Assembly (NCBI GenBank): GCA_948658045.1
Contig: CAPMFN010000007.1
Location: 16,865 to 80,864 of the forward strand
Direction of reading: 5' to 3'
DNA length: 64,000 nt
DNA from: Christensenellaceae bacterium
GTDB taxonomy: Bacteria > Bacillota > Clostridia > Christensenellales > Borkfalkiaceae
Below, piece by piece: positions 44,459 to 55,568 of the stretch (within the stretch, counting starts at the first letter, position 1; every line of letters begins with the position of its first letter). The translations under genes were made by a program, and so were the position numbers. The notes under the pieces are model-generated. The model was not told the origin of the DNA. It did not search any database and worked only from the letters and a program-made list of their open reading frames with translations.

Positions 44459-45421
44459 TTACAGTTCCTCATCAAAATGGTTTTTGTAACCCTCGCCGTA
44501 AATTTCCTTTGCGGATGAAACTATCATAAAAGCGGTGGGGTCTATATCTTTTACTATATCTTTCAGTTTAGGGAACAAATAGTTTTTTACCGCGCACATT
44601 ATTATACGCTTTCCCTCGCCGGTATAAGCACCCTCTCCGTCAAGATAGGTTGCGCCGATGTCGAGTTCTTTTAAAATTTTGTCGCATATAGCCTGTGAAT
44701 TTTCGCCTGTGGTGATAATGTAAACAAGTTTTGCGGAGTTTCCGCCGTATAAAACCAAATCGAAAATAACCGTAAATACCACTATGGTTATAAGGGTATA
44801 GCAGGCAAGTTCAAAGTCCTGATAAACTGCAAAAGCAATGCCCATTATAACTACGTCAATCGCAAGCGAGATAACGCCTGTCTTTATATAGCGGAATTTC
44901 TTTCTCAGTATTTTTACGACTATATCCGTGCCGCCTGTCGAGCTGTCGCTTCTGAATATCATTCCCAGACCTACGCCGAACATCGTTCCGCCTATCAGAG
45001 ACGAAAGTAGAAGATTGTTGGTTTTATCGGGGAAGATGGGGTGAATACCTGCGCAGACGAAATTCCAAAGCTCAATCAAAAGCGAGGAAACAAGCGTTGC
45101 GTATAAAGTCGATATGGTGAAATTTTTACCGAAAAATACTGCGCCAAGAATTAACAGCGGTATATTTATAACGATAATCAAAATTCCGTCAATGTTGGTT
45201 TCGAAGCCGAAAATCGATTGCAGAACGGAGTTTAAAATTACCGCGATACCCGTAACGCCGCCGGGGGCAATGTTGTTCACGCTTAAAAAAAGCGCAACCC
45301 CCAAAGAATATATCAGGCACCCCAAAGTCGTTACGGAATAATTCTTTAAAAGCTTTAAAGCTAAAGTTTTTCTCGCTGTGCATTCGGCGCTGTCGGATTT
45401 GTTCTTTTTTTCTTTTTTCAC
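44459..45421 (-). CDS. YitT-family membrane protein (DUF2179 C-terminal domain)
   Basis: Five to six TM helices, GGTDI, and a C-terminal soluble domain IIMCAVKNYLFPKLKDIVKDIDPTAFMIV. Confidence 0.8.
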   Translation of the reverse strand: MKKEKKNKSDSAECTARKTLALKLLKNYSVTTLGCLIYSLGVALFLSVNNIAPGGVTGIAVILNSVLQSIFGFETNIDGILIIVINIPLLILGAVFFGKNFTISTLYATLVSSLLIELWNFVCAGIHPIFPDKTNNLLLSSLIGGTMFGVGLGMIFRSDSSTGGTDIVVKILRKKFRYIKTGVISLAIDVVIMGIAFAVYQDFELACYTLITIVVFTVIFDLVLYGGNSAKLVYIITTGENSQAICDKILKELDIGATYLDGEGAYTGEGKRIIMCAVKNYLFPKLKDIVKDIDPTAFMIVSSAKEIYGEGYKNHFDEEL

Positions 45422-45810
45422 GACCTTGCCTCTGCGAAAGTTTTATCATATAAATTATACGCAAAAAGCAAAAAATAGTCAATAGACTTTATTATAAAAA
45501 ACGTATTTTCCGGTTAAAAATTTTCAAATTGCCCCTTACATATATAGCTGTTATTTTTTTGGTACAGTGCTAAAAACAGGGCTAAAAACGCTGTTGCCCC
45601 CAATATATATCGTACTTTCGACGTGTAAAAACCCCATAAAAAGCGCGATTTTTTGATTGACCCGTACATATGCGCGTTTTATTAAAATTTTTTATAATTT
45701 TCAGCTGTCGGGTGTAATGTTTCTTATTTTTGCAAAAAATGTCCGCATTTTAAACTTTTGTTTGTTTTTGCGCGTTTGCATTGCCGGTGAAAAATTGTTA
45801 GACATCAAGC

Positions 45811-45849
45811 TAAAAAGCCCTTTCGGAATATAAGTTCCGAAAGGGCTTT
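45811..45849 (-). terminator. terminator of tRNA-Leu
   Basis: GCCCTTTCGGAA-TATAAG-TTCCGAAAGGGC with a T-run on the minus strand, immediately after the tRNA CCA end. Confidence 0.7.
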
Positions 45850-45931
45850 TGGTGCGGATAATAGGATTTGAACCTACACGATTTCTCACCGGATTCTAAG
45901 TCCGGCGCGTCTGCCGTTCCGCCATATCCGC
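45850..45931 (-). tRNA. tRNA-Leu (anticodon UAG), long variable arm, CCA encoded
   Basis: The reverse complement is GCGGATATGGCGGAACGGCAGACGCGCCGGACTTAGAATCCGGTGAGAAATCGTGTAGGTTCAAATCCTATTATCCGCACCA. The acceptor stem is GCGGATA/TATCCGC, and the anticodon stem is CCGGA/TCCGG with loop CTTAGAA. Confidence 0.9.
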
Positions 45932-45991
45932 AAAAATCCGTTTGCATATTTTAATTCGATTATGAAAAAATAAGCATTGTGATTAAATGAT

Positions 45992-46020
45992 ATTTTAATG
46001 AAAGTTTTTTCAAAAGTCAA
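45992..46020 (-). promoter_or_regulatory. sigma-A promoter for tRNA-Leu
   Basis: On the minus strand: TTGACT (46020-46015), a 17-nt spacer, then TAAAAT (45997-45992). Confidence 0.5.
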
Positions 46021-46078
46021 GTTATACCTTTACAAAACCTTTAATTAATGTTTTAATTAAAAAAAGGGGGAGAACGCA

Positions 46079-46780
46079 ATGGGCTATTTGACTTTGGACG
46101 GAGTAGGCAAACAGTATAAGACGGGGAGCGTTACGGTTGACGCTTTAAAGGATGTTTCTTTTTCTCTCGACGACGGAGAGTTTGTTGTCGTGCTCGGAAG
46201 TTCTGGCGCGGGTAAGACCACCCTTTTAAATCTTTTGGGCGGTATGGATAAGGCGACTTCGGGGCGTATTGTATTGGACGGTAAAGACGTCGCTGCGCTC
46301 GATAAACGCGGTCTGACGTTTTTCCGCCGCAACGACGTAGGTTTTATATTTCAGTTCTATAACCTTATGCCTAATCTGACCGCGCTTGAAAATGTGGAAA
46401 TAGCGGTTGAGATATGCAAGGACCACCTCGGACCTAAAGAGGTTCTGACGGAAGTCGGACTGGAAGAGAGACTGAACAATTTTCCCTCTCAGCTTTCGGG
46501 CGGAGAGCAACAGCGCGTTTCAATTGCGCGCGCAATTGCAAAGAACCCGAAACTTCTTTTGTGCGACGAACCCACGGGCGCTTTGGACTATAACACGGGC
46601 AAGCGCATTTTAAAGCTTTTATACGACGTCTGCAAACAGCGCAAACGGCTTGTAATTGTCGTGACGCATAACTCCGCGCTGAAAGACATGGCGGACAAGG
46701 TTGTTTATATAAAAAGCGGCATGATTGAAAGAATAGTCGAAAACTCAGAACCTAAACCGATAGAGGAGATTGAGTGGTAA
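46079..46780 (+). CDS. ABC transporter ATP-binding protein (MacB/LolD/FtsE-like)
   Basis: Walker [10 protein letters not shown], signature LSGGEQQRV, Walker B LLLCDEPT, and a GGGGGAG RBS. Confidence 0.9.
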   Translation: MGYLTLDGVGKQYKTGSVTVDALKDVSFSLDDGEFVVVLGSSGAGKTTLLNLLGGMDKATSGRIVLDGKDVAALDKRGLTFFRRNDVGFIFQFYNLMPNLTALENVEIAVEICKDHLGPKEVLTEVGLEERLNNFPSQLSGGEQQRVSIARAIAKNPKLLLCDEPTGALDYNTGKRILKLLYDVCKQRKRLVIVVTHNSALKDMADKVVYIKSGMIERIVENSEPKPIEEIEW

Positions 46781-48756
46781 TGAAGACTTATTTAAAAACT
46801 TTGGCGCGCGCTTTTACAAGGCACGTTACAAGGTTTCTGTCTATTATTTTTATAGTGGTAGTTGCGGTAGGTTTTATCTCGGGCATAGGCACCTCTGCCG
46901 ATAAAATCCGCTATTCTCTGACCGACTATTATAAAGCGCAAAACGTCAGCGATTTGATTTTGCGCACAAAAGACGAAAACGGATTTAAGTCGGAAGACAT
47001 AACAAAACTTGAAGAGGCTTACGGAAAAAACAATGTAAACACGGGCGTGCAGATTGACGCAGATATAGAAATCGGCGGTGAAGTTCAGACTGTGAGATTA
47101 TATTTTTTAAACGAATTCGGCGATGACTGGACGGTAAACGTTCCAGACATTAAAGAGGGTGAAAAACCGGAAAACGAAATGCAGGCTTTATGCGAAAATT
47201 CCGATAATAAAATCAAAGGTTTTTCAATTGGTACCGATATATGCCTTAATTTCGAAAAAATTTTAATAGATTTAGCCGATGAAGACAGCAAGGAAACAGT
47301 AAAAAACCAATTAAACCTTGTAAAAAAATTAGGCGTAGAACTTGAAAAAAATATCAGCGTTGAAGGCATAGTACAAAGCCCTTTGACTTTTGCGAACGAC
47401 GGCGAACCCAACGACCGCAACCCCGAAGATATTGAAGTTCCGGACAATATTACGGATGCCAACTTATTGCAGACTTTAGACAATGTTTTATATCTCAGTT
47501 CGGAAGCTATTCCCAAGCTGCCTTCGTTTTTAGGCGGTAAGGGACTGATACCTACAAACGCAGTTTACCTTTCTTTTAGCGATAAAGACAAGTTCTCGGC
47601 GTTTGATAAAAGTTATAGTAATTATCTTGAAGAGCAGACAGCCGCAGTGTGCGGAATGCTGAATCTTGCGCAGGGGCAGGAAACTGTAAAAATCCTAACA
47701 TTAAATGAAAATTACAGTTTTGTTTCGCTGATAGCTTACGCCGACAAGGTTATGAATATAGGGTTTGTGCTTATGGTGGCTTTTCTGTTTGTTACAGCCC
47801 TTGTCGTGCTTTCAAATATGACAAGACTTTTAGAGGAAGAACGAGGACAGATAGCCTGCCTTAGGACGCTCGGATATTCGGCATTCAGAATAATTTTCAA
47901 ATATATTTTGTTTGCGATGCTTGCAACGGGAATAGGAGGGGTTGCGTCGTATTTCGTCGGGCTCGGTTTGGCTTACCTTATCTGTTACGTTTTCAATTAC
48001 AGCTTCACTATGCCGCCTATTTCGTCGCAGGTTGCGCTTCCGTTCTTTTTAATAGTGTTCTTCGTCATAGTTGCGGCGACGCTAATTGCAACGCTTGCGG
48101 CAGGGCTTAAAATGTCAAAAGAGACGCCAGCAAATCTTCTGCGTCCGAAGCCGCCAAAAGCAGGTAAAAAAGTATTTTTAGAGCGTATACCTTTAATCTG
48201 GAACAGGCTTTCGTTCAAATACAAATCGACAATGCGCAACGTTCTGCGTTATATGAACAGATTTATTATGACCGTTGTGTCCGTTGCGGTCTCAACTGCG
48301 CTTGTGCTTGCAGGGCTTGCACTTTTAGACGTATGTCTGTTCGGCGGAATAGATTCGCCGTCCGTAATGGGTATTGCAATAGTCGTAATTGTTTTTGCCG
48401 GGCTTCTTACGGCAGTGGTAATATATACTCTAACGAACATTAATATCAGCGAAAGGAACAGGGAGCTTGCAACCTTAAAGGTTTTGGGATATCAGGACAA
48501 GGAAATTGCAGGTTATATTTACAGGGAAGTTTATATAGATACGGCGGTAGGAATACTGTTCGGATATCCGCTGTCGCTCGGTATAATGAAAATACTTTTC
48601 GGTATTATGGCGGTCGGGTCCATAACTTCAGTTAAATGGTTCTGGTGGCTTGCCGCGCCATTCCTTGTATTGTTTTTTACATTCCTTGTCACAATGATTT
48701 TAACCCGTAAAATCGTAAAAATAGATATGAACGAAAGTCTTAAAGCTATTGAATAA
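46774..48756 (+). CDS. ABC transporter permease with two FtsX domains and a large extracytoplasmic loop
   Basis: There is an N-terminal TM and a ~270-aa loop, then 4 TM, 1 TM and a C-terminal 3 TM, with RTLGYS and LKVLGYQ motifs. It overlaps the stop of the ATPase gene. Confidence 0.85.
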   Translation: MVMKTYLKTLARAFTRHVTRFLSIIFIVVVAVGFISGIGTSADKIRYSLTDYYKAQNVSDLILRTKDENGFKSEDITKLEEAYGKNNVNTGVQIDADIEIGGEVQTVRLYFLNEFGDDWTVNVPDIKEGEKPENEMQALCENSDNKIKGFSIGTDICLNFEKILIDLADEDSKETVKNQLNLVKKLGVELEKNISVEGIVQSPLTFANDGEPNDRNPEDIEVPDNITDANLLQTLDNVLYLSSEAIPKLPSFLGGKGLIPTNAVYLSFSDKDKFSAFDKSYSNYLEEQTAAVCGMLNLAQGQETVKILTLNENYSFVSLIAYADKVMNIGFVLMVAFLFVTALVVLSNMTRLLEEERGQIACLRTLGYSAFRIIFKYILFAMLATGIGGVASYFVGLGLAYLICYVFNYSFTMPPISSQVALPFFLIVFFVIVAATLIATLAAGLKMSKETPANLLRPKPPKAGKKVFLERIPLIWNRLSFKYKSTMRNVLRYMNRFIMTVVSVAVSTALVLAGLALLDVCLFGGIDSPSVMGIAIVVIVFAGLLTAVVIYTLTNINISERNRELATLKVLGYQDKEIAGYIYREVYIDTAVGILFGYPLSLGIMKILFGIMAVGSITSVKWFWWLAAPFLVLFFTFLVTMILTRKIVKIDMNESLKAIE

Positions 48757-48908
48757 TTTGTTGAAAAATGTCGTTATTTGAGGCATATTACGGGGGCAAT
48801 CGTATAAGTTTAGTTTAAATAACTGTTTTTTTGGCGTATTGTAAAGCAAACGTTAAAATTACAAATTTAAAGTTAAAAAATAATTGCGGAATTTAACCTG
48901 AAAAATAT

Positions 48909-48937
48909 TTGACTTATTTTTTCTTGTTTGATATACT
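48909..48937 (+). promoter_or_regulatory. candidate rpsU promoter
   Basis: TTGACT (48909-48914), a 17-nt spacer, then TATACT (48932-48937), with TGa upstream of the -10. Confidence 0.45.
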
Positions 48938-48993
48938 GAAAAAGCTGTTTGAAAAAACGAAAAAATGCGTAGGCGAGGGCAGGTGAAAAAGAT

Positions 48994-49170
48994 ATGTCAA
49001 CTATAAAAGTAGGTGAAAACGAATCGGTTGAAAGCGCGCTCCGCCGCTTTAAAAGAAAGTGCTCGCGCGACGGAATAATCGGCGACCTTCGTAAAAAAGA
49101 ATTTTACGAATCCCCCGCGGTTAAACGCAGAAAGAAAGCGGAAGCTGCAAGAAAAAGAAATAAAAATTAA
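48994..49170 (+). CDS. rpsU: 30S ribosomal protein S21 (58 aa; below the ORF-track length cutoff)
   Basis: Manual translation gives [68 protein letters not shown] lies upstream. Confidence 0.9.
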   Translation: MSTIKVGENESVESALRRFKRKCSRDGIIGDLRKKEFYESPAVKRRKKAEAARKRNKN

Positions 49171-49251
49171 TTTTTAAGTCTGTCGGACGAGTAGTCCGAT
49201 AGACTTTTTTCATTACGGAAAATGTCGAGTAAAGGAGAAATGTGTAAAATT

Positions 49252-49632
49252 ATGGACGACTTAAAGTTTATGGCAAAAGCCGCTAAAAACCGGCTGAAAA
49301 GTAATTACTGGGCAGACTGTAAGGAAAACATTGAGAAAAACACTATCGAAGCCAAAAATAAAGGGTACAGCGAAATAAAGATAAAGTCTTCTTTAAAAAC
49401 GCGCGTAAAAAGTGAAATCAAAGGGGAAAAGCAGGACGAATTTTACCTTAAAGTTAAAGACATTCTTCTCGCGGAGGGCGAAGTGTCGGATGCCATAGGC
49501 AGGCTGACGGATAAAGACTATTACGCAACTTTGTCATATGATGAAAAACAGAGATATAACTTAGAACTTTCTTCAAAGTATTTATCCGCTTTACAGCGGT
49601 TCAGGCGTGAAAAAGAATTGGGCTTAATTTGA
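49252..49632 (+). CDS. hypothetical charged/helical protein
   Basis: An ORF with an AAAGGAG RBS (49231-49237). The start could be ATG 49252, or 49240/49222. I recognise no motif. Confidence 0.5.
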   Translation: MDDLKFMAKAAKNRLKSNYWADCKENIEKNTIEAKNKGYSEIKIKSSLKTRVKSEIKGEKQDEFYLKVKDILLAEGEVSDAIGRLTDKDYYATLSYDEKQRYNLELSSKYLSALQRFRREKELGLI

Positions 49633-49644
49633 CGCGCCGAACAA

Positions 49645-49673
49645 TTGAATTTTGAAATTACTTATGATATAAT
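49645..49673 (+). promoter_or_regulatory. promoter directly abutting the pcrA start codon
   Basis: TTGAAT (49645-49650), a 17-nt spacer, then TATAAT (49668-49673), with TGa giving an extended -10. The ATG lies 7 nt after the -10. Confidence 0.4.
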
Positions 49674-49680
49674 ATTTGCT

Positions 49681-51972
49681 ATGGACGAATTGCTTGATAA
49701 ACTTAACGAAGAACAGCGCAAACCCGTTTGCGATACCGAGGGACAGGTTCTTGTTCTTGCAGGCGCTGGAAGCGGCAAGACAAGGGTGCTTACTTCGCGT
49801 ATTGCATATATTTTGCGCGAGGGTAAAGCCTCTCTTTCCCAAATTCTCGCTATTACTTTTACTAATAAAGCGGCAGGCGAGATGAAAGAACGTCTTTCGT
49901 CTATGCTCGATGGCGGAGATACTAAATGGATTTGTACAATCCATTCGATGTGCGTAAAAATTTTAAGGCAGTTTGCCGATAAAGCAGGGTTAAAGCCTAA
50001 TTTTTCCATTTACAGCGAAACAGAGAGGGGTAACGTAATCAAAAAAGCTTTTCAGGAGCTTGATTTTGATGACGAAAAGCTGTTAAAAGACGCAAAATAT
50101 CATATCGGAAACGCTAAAATGTTGGGACTTGACCCCGACAGTTACGGCAGGAAATATCACGGCGAGCGCGGTATGGACGATATTGTTTGTATTTATGAAA
50201 AATACGACAGGCACCTGCGCGAAAACAACGCTTTGGATTTTGACGACTTGCTTTTGGAAACTTTAAGGCTGTTAAGGCGCGACAGGGAAACTCTTGAATA
50301 CCTTTCAGATAAATTCAAATATGTACTTGTGGACGAGTTTCAGGACACTAACCAAGTCCAGTACAATATTATAAAACTTCTTGCTTCGGCTCACGGCAAC
50401 CTGTTTGCGGTAGGCGACGACGACCAGTCGATTTACGGTTGGCGCGGCGCTGAAATACAGAACATTTTGGCTTTTGACAAAGATTTTCCCAATGCCAAAA
50501 TATATAAGCTGGAACGTAACTACCGCTCAACTAAATCTATTCTGCGCTTAGCTAATTGCATAATAAAAAACAACGTTTCACGCCGTGGAAAAGAGCTTTG
50601 GACAGAAGCCGGCGAGGGCGATAAACCCGTCTATTATCAGGCGGAAGAAGAGGCAGGCGAGGCATTGTACACGGCGCGTACCATTACCGACGGGGTTGCG
50701 CGCGGCAAAAAGTATTCTGATTTTGCAGTATTGATGCGAATAAACGCTTTGACTCGTTCATACGAGCAAGAGTTTGCAAAATACGGTATACCTTATAAAG
50801 TGTTCGGCGGTTTCCGTTTCTTTGAAAGAAAGGAAATCAAGGACGTTTTAGCTTATTTAAGAATTATTTCCAATCCTTATGACGGCGAGGCTTTGGAAAG
50901 AATAATCAACGTTCCCAAACGCGGAATAGGCGGCAAAACCGTTCAGGTTATGTATGAGTACGCCCAATCAACAGGGCTTTCGTTGTACGACGCCGCAGTT
51001 GACTGCGAAGAGCTTCCGCTTACTCGCGGCACAAAGGACAAGATTAAAAGTTTTACCGCGCTTATTAAACAGCTTATTATTTCTGCTGCGGACCAACCCG
51101 TAGCTCAGCTTGTGCGCGACGTGCTTTCTATGGCGGATATGCGGTCAGCCTACGACGACGGTACGGATGAGGGCGACGGAAAGCTTGCTAACCTTGACGA
51201 ATTTATCGCCTCCGTCGACGATTATTCGCGGTTGAATCCTACGGCTACGCTTGACGAGTATTTGAATCAGGTGACTCTTTCGTCCGACCTTGACGAAATG
51301 GACGAGGGCGATTACGTCACCCTTGCCACAATTCACGCCGTCAAAGGGCTTGAATTTCCCGTAGTATTTATGTGCGGACTTGAAGACGGGATAATACCTT
51401 CGTCCCGTTCTTCGGAAGACGGCAGAAGCGAAGAGGAAGAGCGCCGACTTATGTACGTTGCGATAACGCGTGCAAAAGAAAGGCTGTATCTTACCCGTTC
51501 AAAGTCGCGCTATCTTTATGGGCACCGCGATTTAACGCGTCCTTCGAAATTTATTAAAGAACTTGCGCCGGAACTCGGCGCGGTCGCTATGGACAATTCC
51601 GCATATTATTCCGGCTCAGGGAAGAGATTTTCAGGCGCTTACGACGGCGGAAATTACGGCGGAAGACGGCAGGAAACGTCTTTTGGCAAAGCGCTTTATT
51701 CTGATTTTGATGGTTATGAAAGTTCTTCGGATTCAGGAAGTTTCAAAGGCTTTTTCGGCGGAGTTAAAAACGCCGCGCAAACCGCTAAGCAGAGTTTTAA
51801 CAATTCCGCTAACGGAAAGCAGTACTCGGTCGGAATGAAAGTGAGGCACCCCAAGTTCGGGGTAGGAATGGTGGTTGCGCTTAAAAACGGCGGCACTATT
51901 ATCAACGTTGCTTTTGACGGTCAGGGAATAAAAGAACTGTCGGCATCTTTGGCTCCGCTTACTGTTATTTGA
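49681..51972 (+). CDS. pcrA: ATP-dependent DNA helicase PcrA/UvrD
   Basis: LNEEQRKPV, AGAGSGKTRVL, VDEFQDTN, YRS, TIHAVKGLEF and VAITRAKERL motifs. The start is taken at MDELLDKLN. Confidence 0.92.
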   Translation: MDELLDKLNEEQRKPVCDTEGQVLVLAGAGSGKTRVLTSRIAYILREGKASLSQILAITFTNKAAGEMKERLSSMLDGGDTKWICTIHSMCVKILRQFADKAGLKPNFSIYSETERGNVIKKAFQELDFDDEKLLKDAKYHIGNAKMLGLDPDSYGRKYHGERGMDDIVCIYEKYDRHLRENNALDFDDLLLETLRLLRRDRETLEYLSDKFKYVLVDEFQDTNQVQYNIIKLLASAHGNLFAVGDDDQSIYGWRGAEIQNILAFDKDFPNAKIYKLERNYRSTKSILRLANCIIKNNVSRRGKELWTEAGEGDKPVYYQAEEEAGEALYTARTITDGVARGKKYSDFAVLMRINALTRSYEQEFAKYGIPYKVFGGFRFFERKEIKDVLAYLRIISNPYDGEALERIINVPKRGIGGKTVQVMYEYAQSTGLSLYDAAVDCEELPLTRGTKDKIKSFTALIKQLIISAADQPVAQLVRDVLSMADMRSAYDDGTDEGDGKLANLDEFIASVDDYSRLNPTATLDEYLNQVTLSSDLDEMDEGDYVTLATIHAVKGLEFPVVFMCGLEDGIIPSSRSSEDGRSEEEERRLMYVAITRAKERLYLTRSKSRYLYGHRDLTRPSKFIKELAPELGAVAMDNSAYYSGSGKRFSGAYDGGNYGGRRQETSFGKALYSDFDGYESSSDSGSFKGFFGGVKNAAQTAKQSFNNSANGKQYSVGMKVRHPKFGVGMVVALKNGGTIINVAFDGQGIKELSASLAPLTVI

Positions 51973-51978
51973 TTGTAA

Positions 51979-54003
<2,025 letters not shown>

Positions 54004-54043
54004 ATTTTTTAAAATTTGCTATAATTTATATTTTTTCTAAATT

Positions 54044-54073
54044 AAAAAACAGCGCCGAAGAGCGCTGTTTTTT
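54044..54073. terminator. bidirectional terminator between ligA and the lipoprotein gene
   Basis: AAAAAA-CAGCGC-CGAAGA-GCGCTG-TTTTTT. Confidence 0.7.
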
Positions 54074-54080
54074 AGTGTTT

Positions 54081-55211
54081 TTATTTAATTTCTGTGTCGT
54101 CGATAATGATTTCTTCTTTCGGTAAGGTAACTTTAATCCTTCCGACGGCTTCCATTTTGTAAGATTTAACCCAGTCAAGCTCGTCTATAACAATACGGCT
54201 ATCGCCTGCAATTAATTTATATTTTTTACCTTTATAAGTGGCGGCGTATTCTTCATATTCTTCATCATAGCTTAAAATAGTCAGGTTTTTAAAAATTTCC
54301 AAAATTTCGTCGCAATCGAAAGGGTCCGTAAAAGTTTTGCGATATTTCTCTTCGGTTTCATCGTAGTCCAGTTTTATGTATTTTCCGTCTTCTTTGTAGA
54401 GAAATTGTTTATAGTAGTTTATACATATTATTCCGTTATCGACATAATAACATGTTTCTCTTCCGTTTTTACAATAAATAAAAGCGTAGTTTTGTAACTT
54501 TTCGGCTTCTTCTAAAAGAGTATAATATTCCGTTGCAATATAATATTGTTTTCTTGTTTCTGTTTCGCCGCAAACATGGCAGGTTTTCTTAGCTTCTCCG
54601 GGGTTATCGGGCGTAGGTTCTATCGTATTGACCCATTCGCCGAAGGTATGGTTGCCGATTTTTGGAAGAATTTCCTCTTCCTCTTCGCCGCAAGCGCAGT
54701 ATCTTTTCTGTAATCCGTCTTCCAAGCAGTTGTATTTTACGGTTTCCCAATCGCCGAAGGTGTGATAGCCCAAAGCGGCTGTGGTCTGTTCTTCTGTAAA
54801 TCCACAAGCGCAGGCGCGTCTTTGTAAACCGTCTTGAACGCAATTCCAGCGGATGGTTTTCCAAGCGTTAAAGCTATGGTTGTGAGCGTCTGAAACGTAA
54901 ATTTCTTTCATTCCGCCGCCCATAGCGAAAATTAACAGTCCGTCGCCGTATGTTCCCGTAACAAGCTCTTCTTCCTGTCCGAACAGAACTATATAAAGTC
55001 GTATTTTGCCGTTTTCCGTTTTGTATGTTCCGCTTGCGCCGTCGTCGTCTTCCCATTTACCGGAATTAAGCTTAAAAAATTGTTCCGTCTTTAATTCGCC
55101 GTTTTCCATAAGGTAATAGGCGCCGTTTTCGGGGCTGCATCCTGTAAAACCGATTGCGCCGCCGATAATTGCAATAACGCAAATAATAATAGCAAGTAGT
55201 CTTTTTTTCAT
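54081..55211 (-). CDS. lipoprotein with triplicated His/Trp/Cys motif
   Basis: The lipobox is ..GAIGFTGC. Three repeats follow of H-x-F-x-x-W ... C ... C-x-CG (HSFNAWKTIRWNCVQDGLQRRACACG, HTFGDWETVKYNCLEDGLQKRYCACG, HTFGEWVN...KKTCHVCG). Confidence 0.75.
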   Translation of the reverse strand: MKKRLLAIIICVIAIIGGAIGFTGCSPENGAYYLMENGELKTEQFFKLNSGKWEDDDGASGTYKTENGKIRLYIVLFGQEEELVTGTYGDGLLIFAMGGGMKEIYVSDAHNHSFNAWKTIRWNCVQDGLQRRACACGFTEEQTTAALGYHTFGDWETVKYNCLEDGLQKRYCACGEEEEEILPKIGNHTFGEWVNTIEPTPDNPGEAKKTCHVCGETETRKQYYIATEYYTLLEEAEKLQNYAFIYCKNGRETCYYVDNGIICINYYKQFLYKEDGKYIKLDYDETEEKYRKTFTDPFDCDEILEIFKNLTILSYDEEYEEYAATYKGKKYKLIAGDSRIVIDELDWVKSYKMEAVGRIKVTLPKEEIIIDDTEIK

Positions 55212-55507
55212 TTTTTATTCCTCCGAAGAATTCGCGGACAAAAAAATAAGGGCAACCGCTAAGGTTGCCCGCATAACGTACCCTAACAGTCGCCAAACAA
55301 TTATTCTTATTGCAAACGGAATCAGTCCCGAATTTAACCAAAGAATATAGGATACAAATATGCCTATATAGTTTTGATTAAATTCAGATTTTTTATTTAT
55401 GACAAAAAAAGAGTATAAAAATACCCCGTCTGCAATTTAATTGTTTGGCATACCAAATATATCACTCTTTGATGCGTTTGTCAAGGCAATTTTTTTACAA
55501 TTTGCAC

Positions 55508-55536
55508 TTTACAAAATTAACAATATATGGTATAAT
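55508..55536 (+). promoter_or_regulatory. promoter of the topoisomerase operon
   Basis: TTTACA (55508-55513), a 17-nt spacer, then TATAAT (55531-55536), with TGg giving an extended -10. Confidence 0.5.
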
Positions 55537-55568
55537 TTAAAGGTTAAGAAACACAATGCAGGGTAATT

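Noticed and set aside
45701-45889. A 62-aa minus-strand ORF.
   Set aside because: It overlaps tRNA-Leu and its terminator hairpin.
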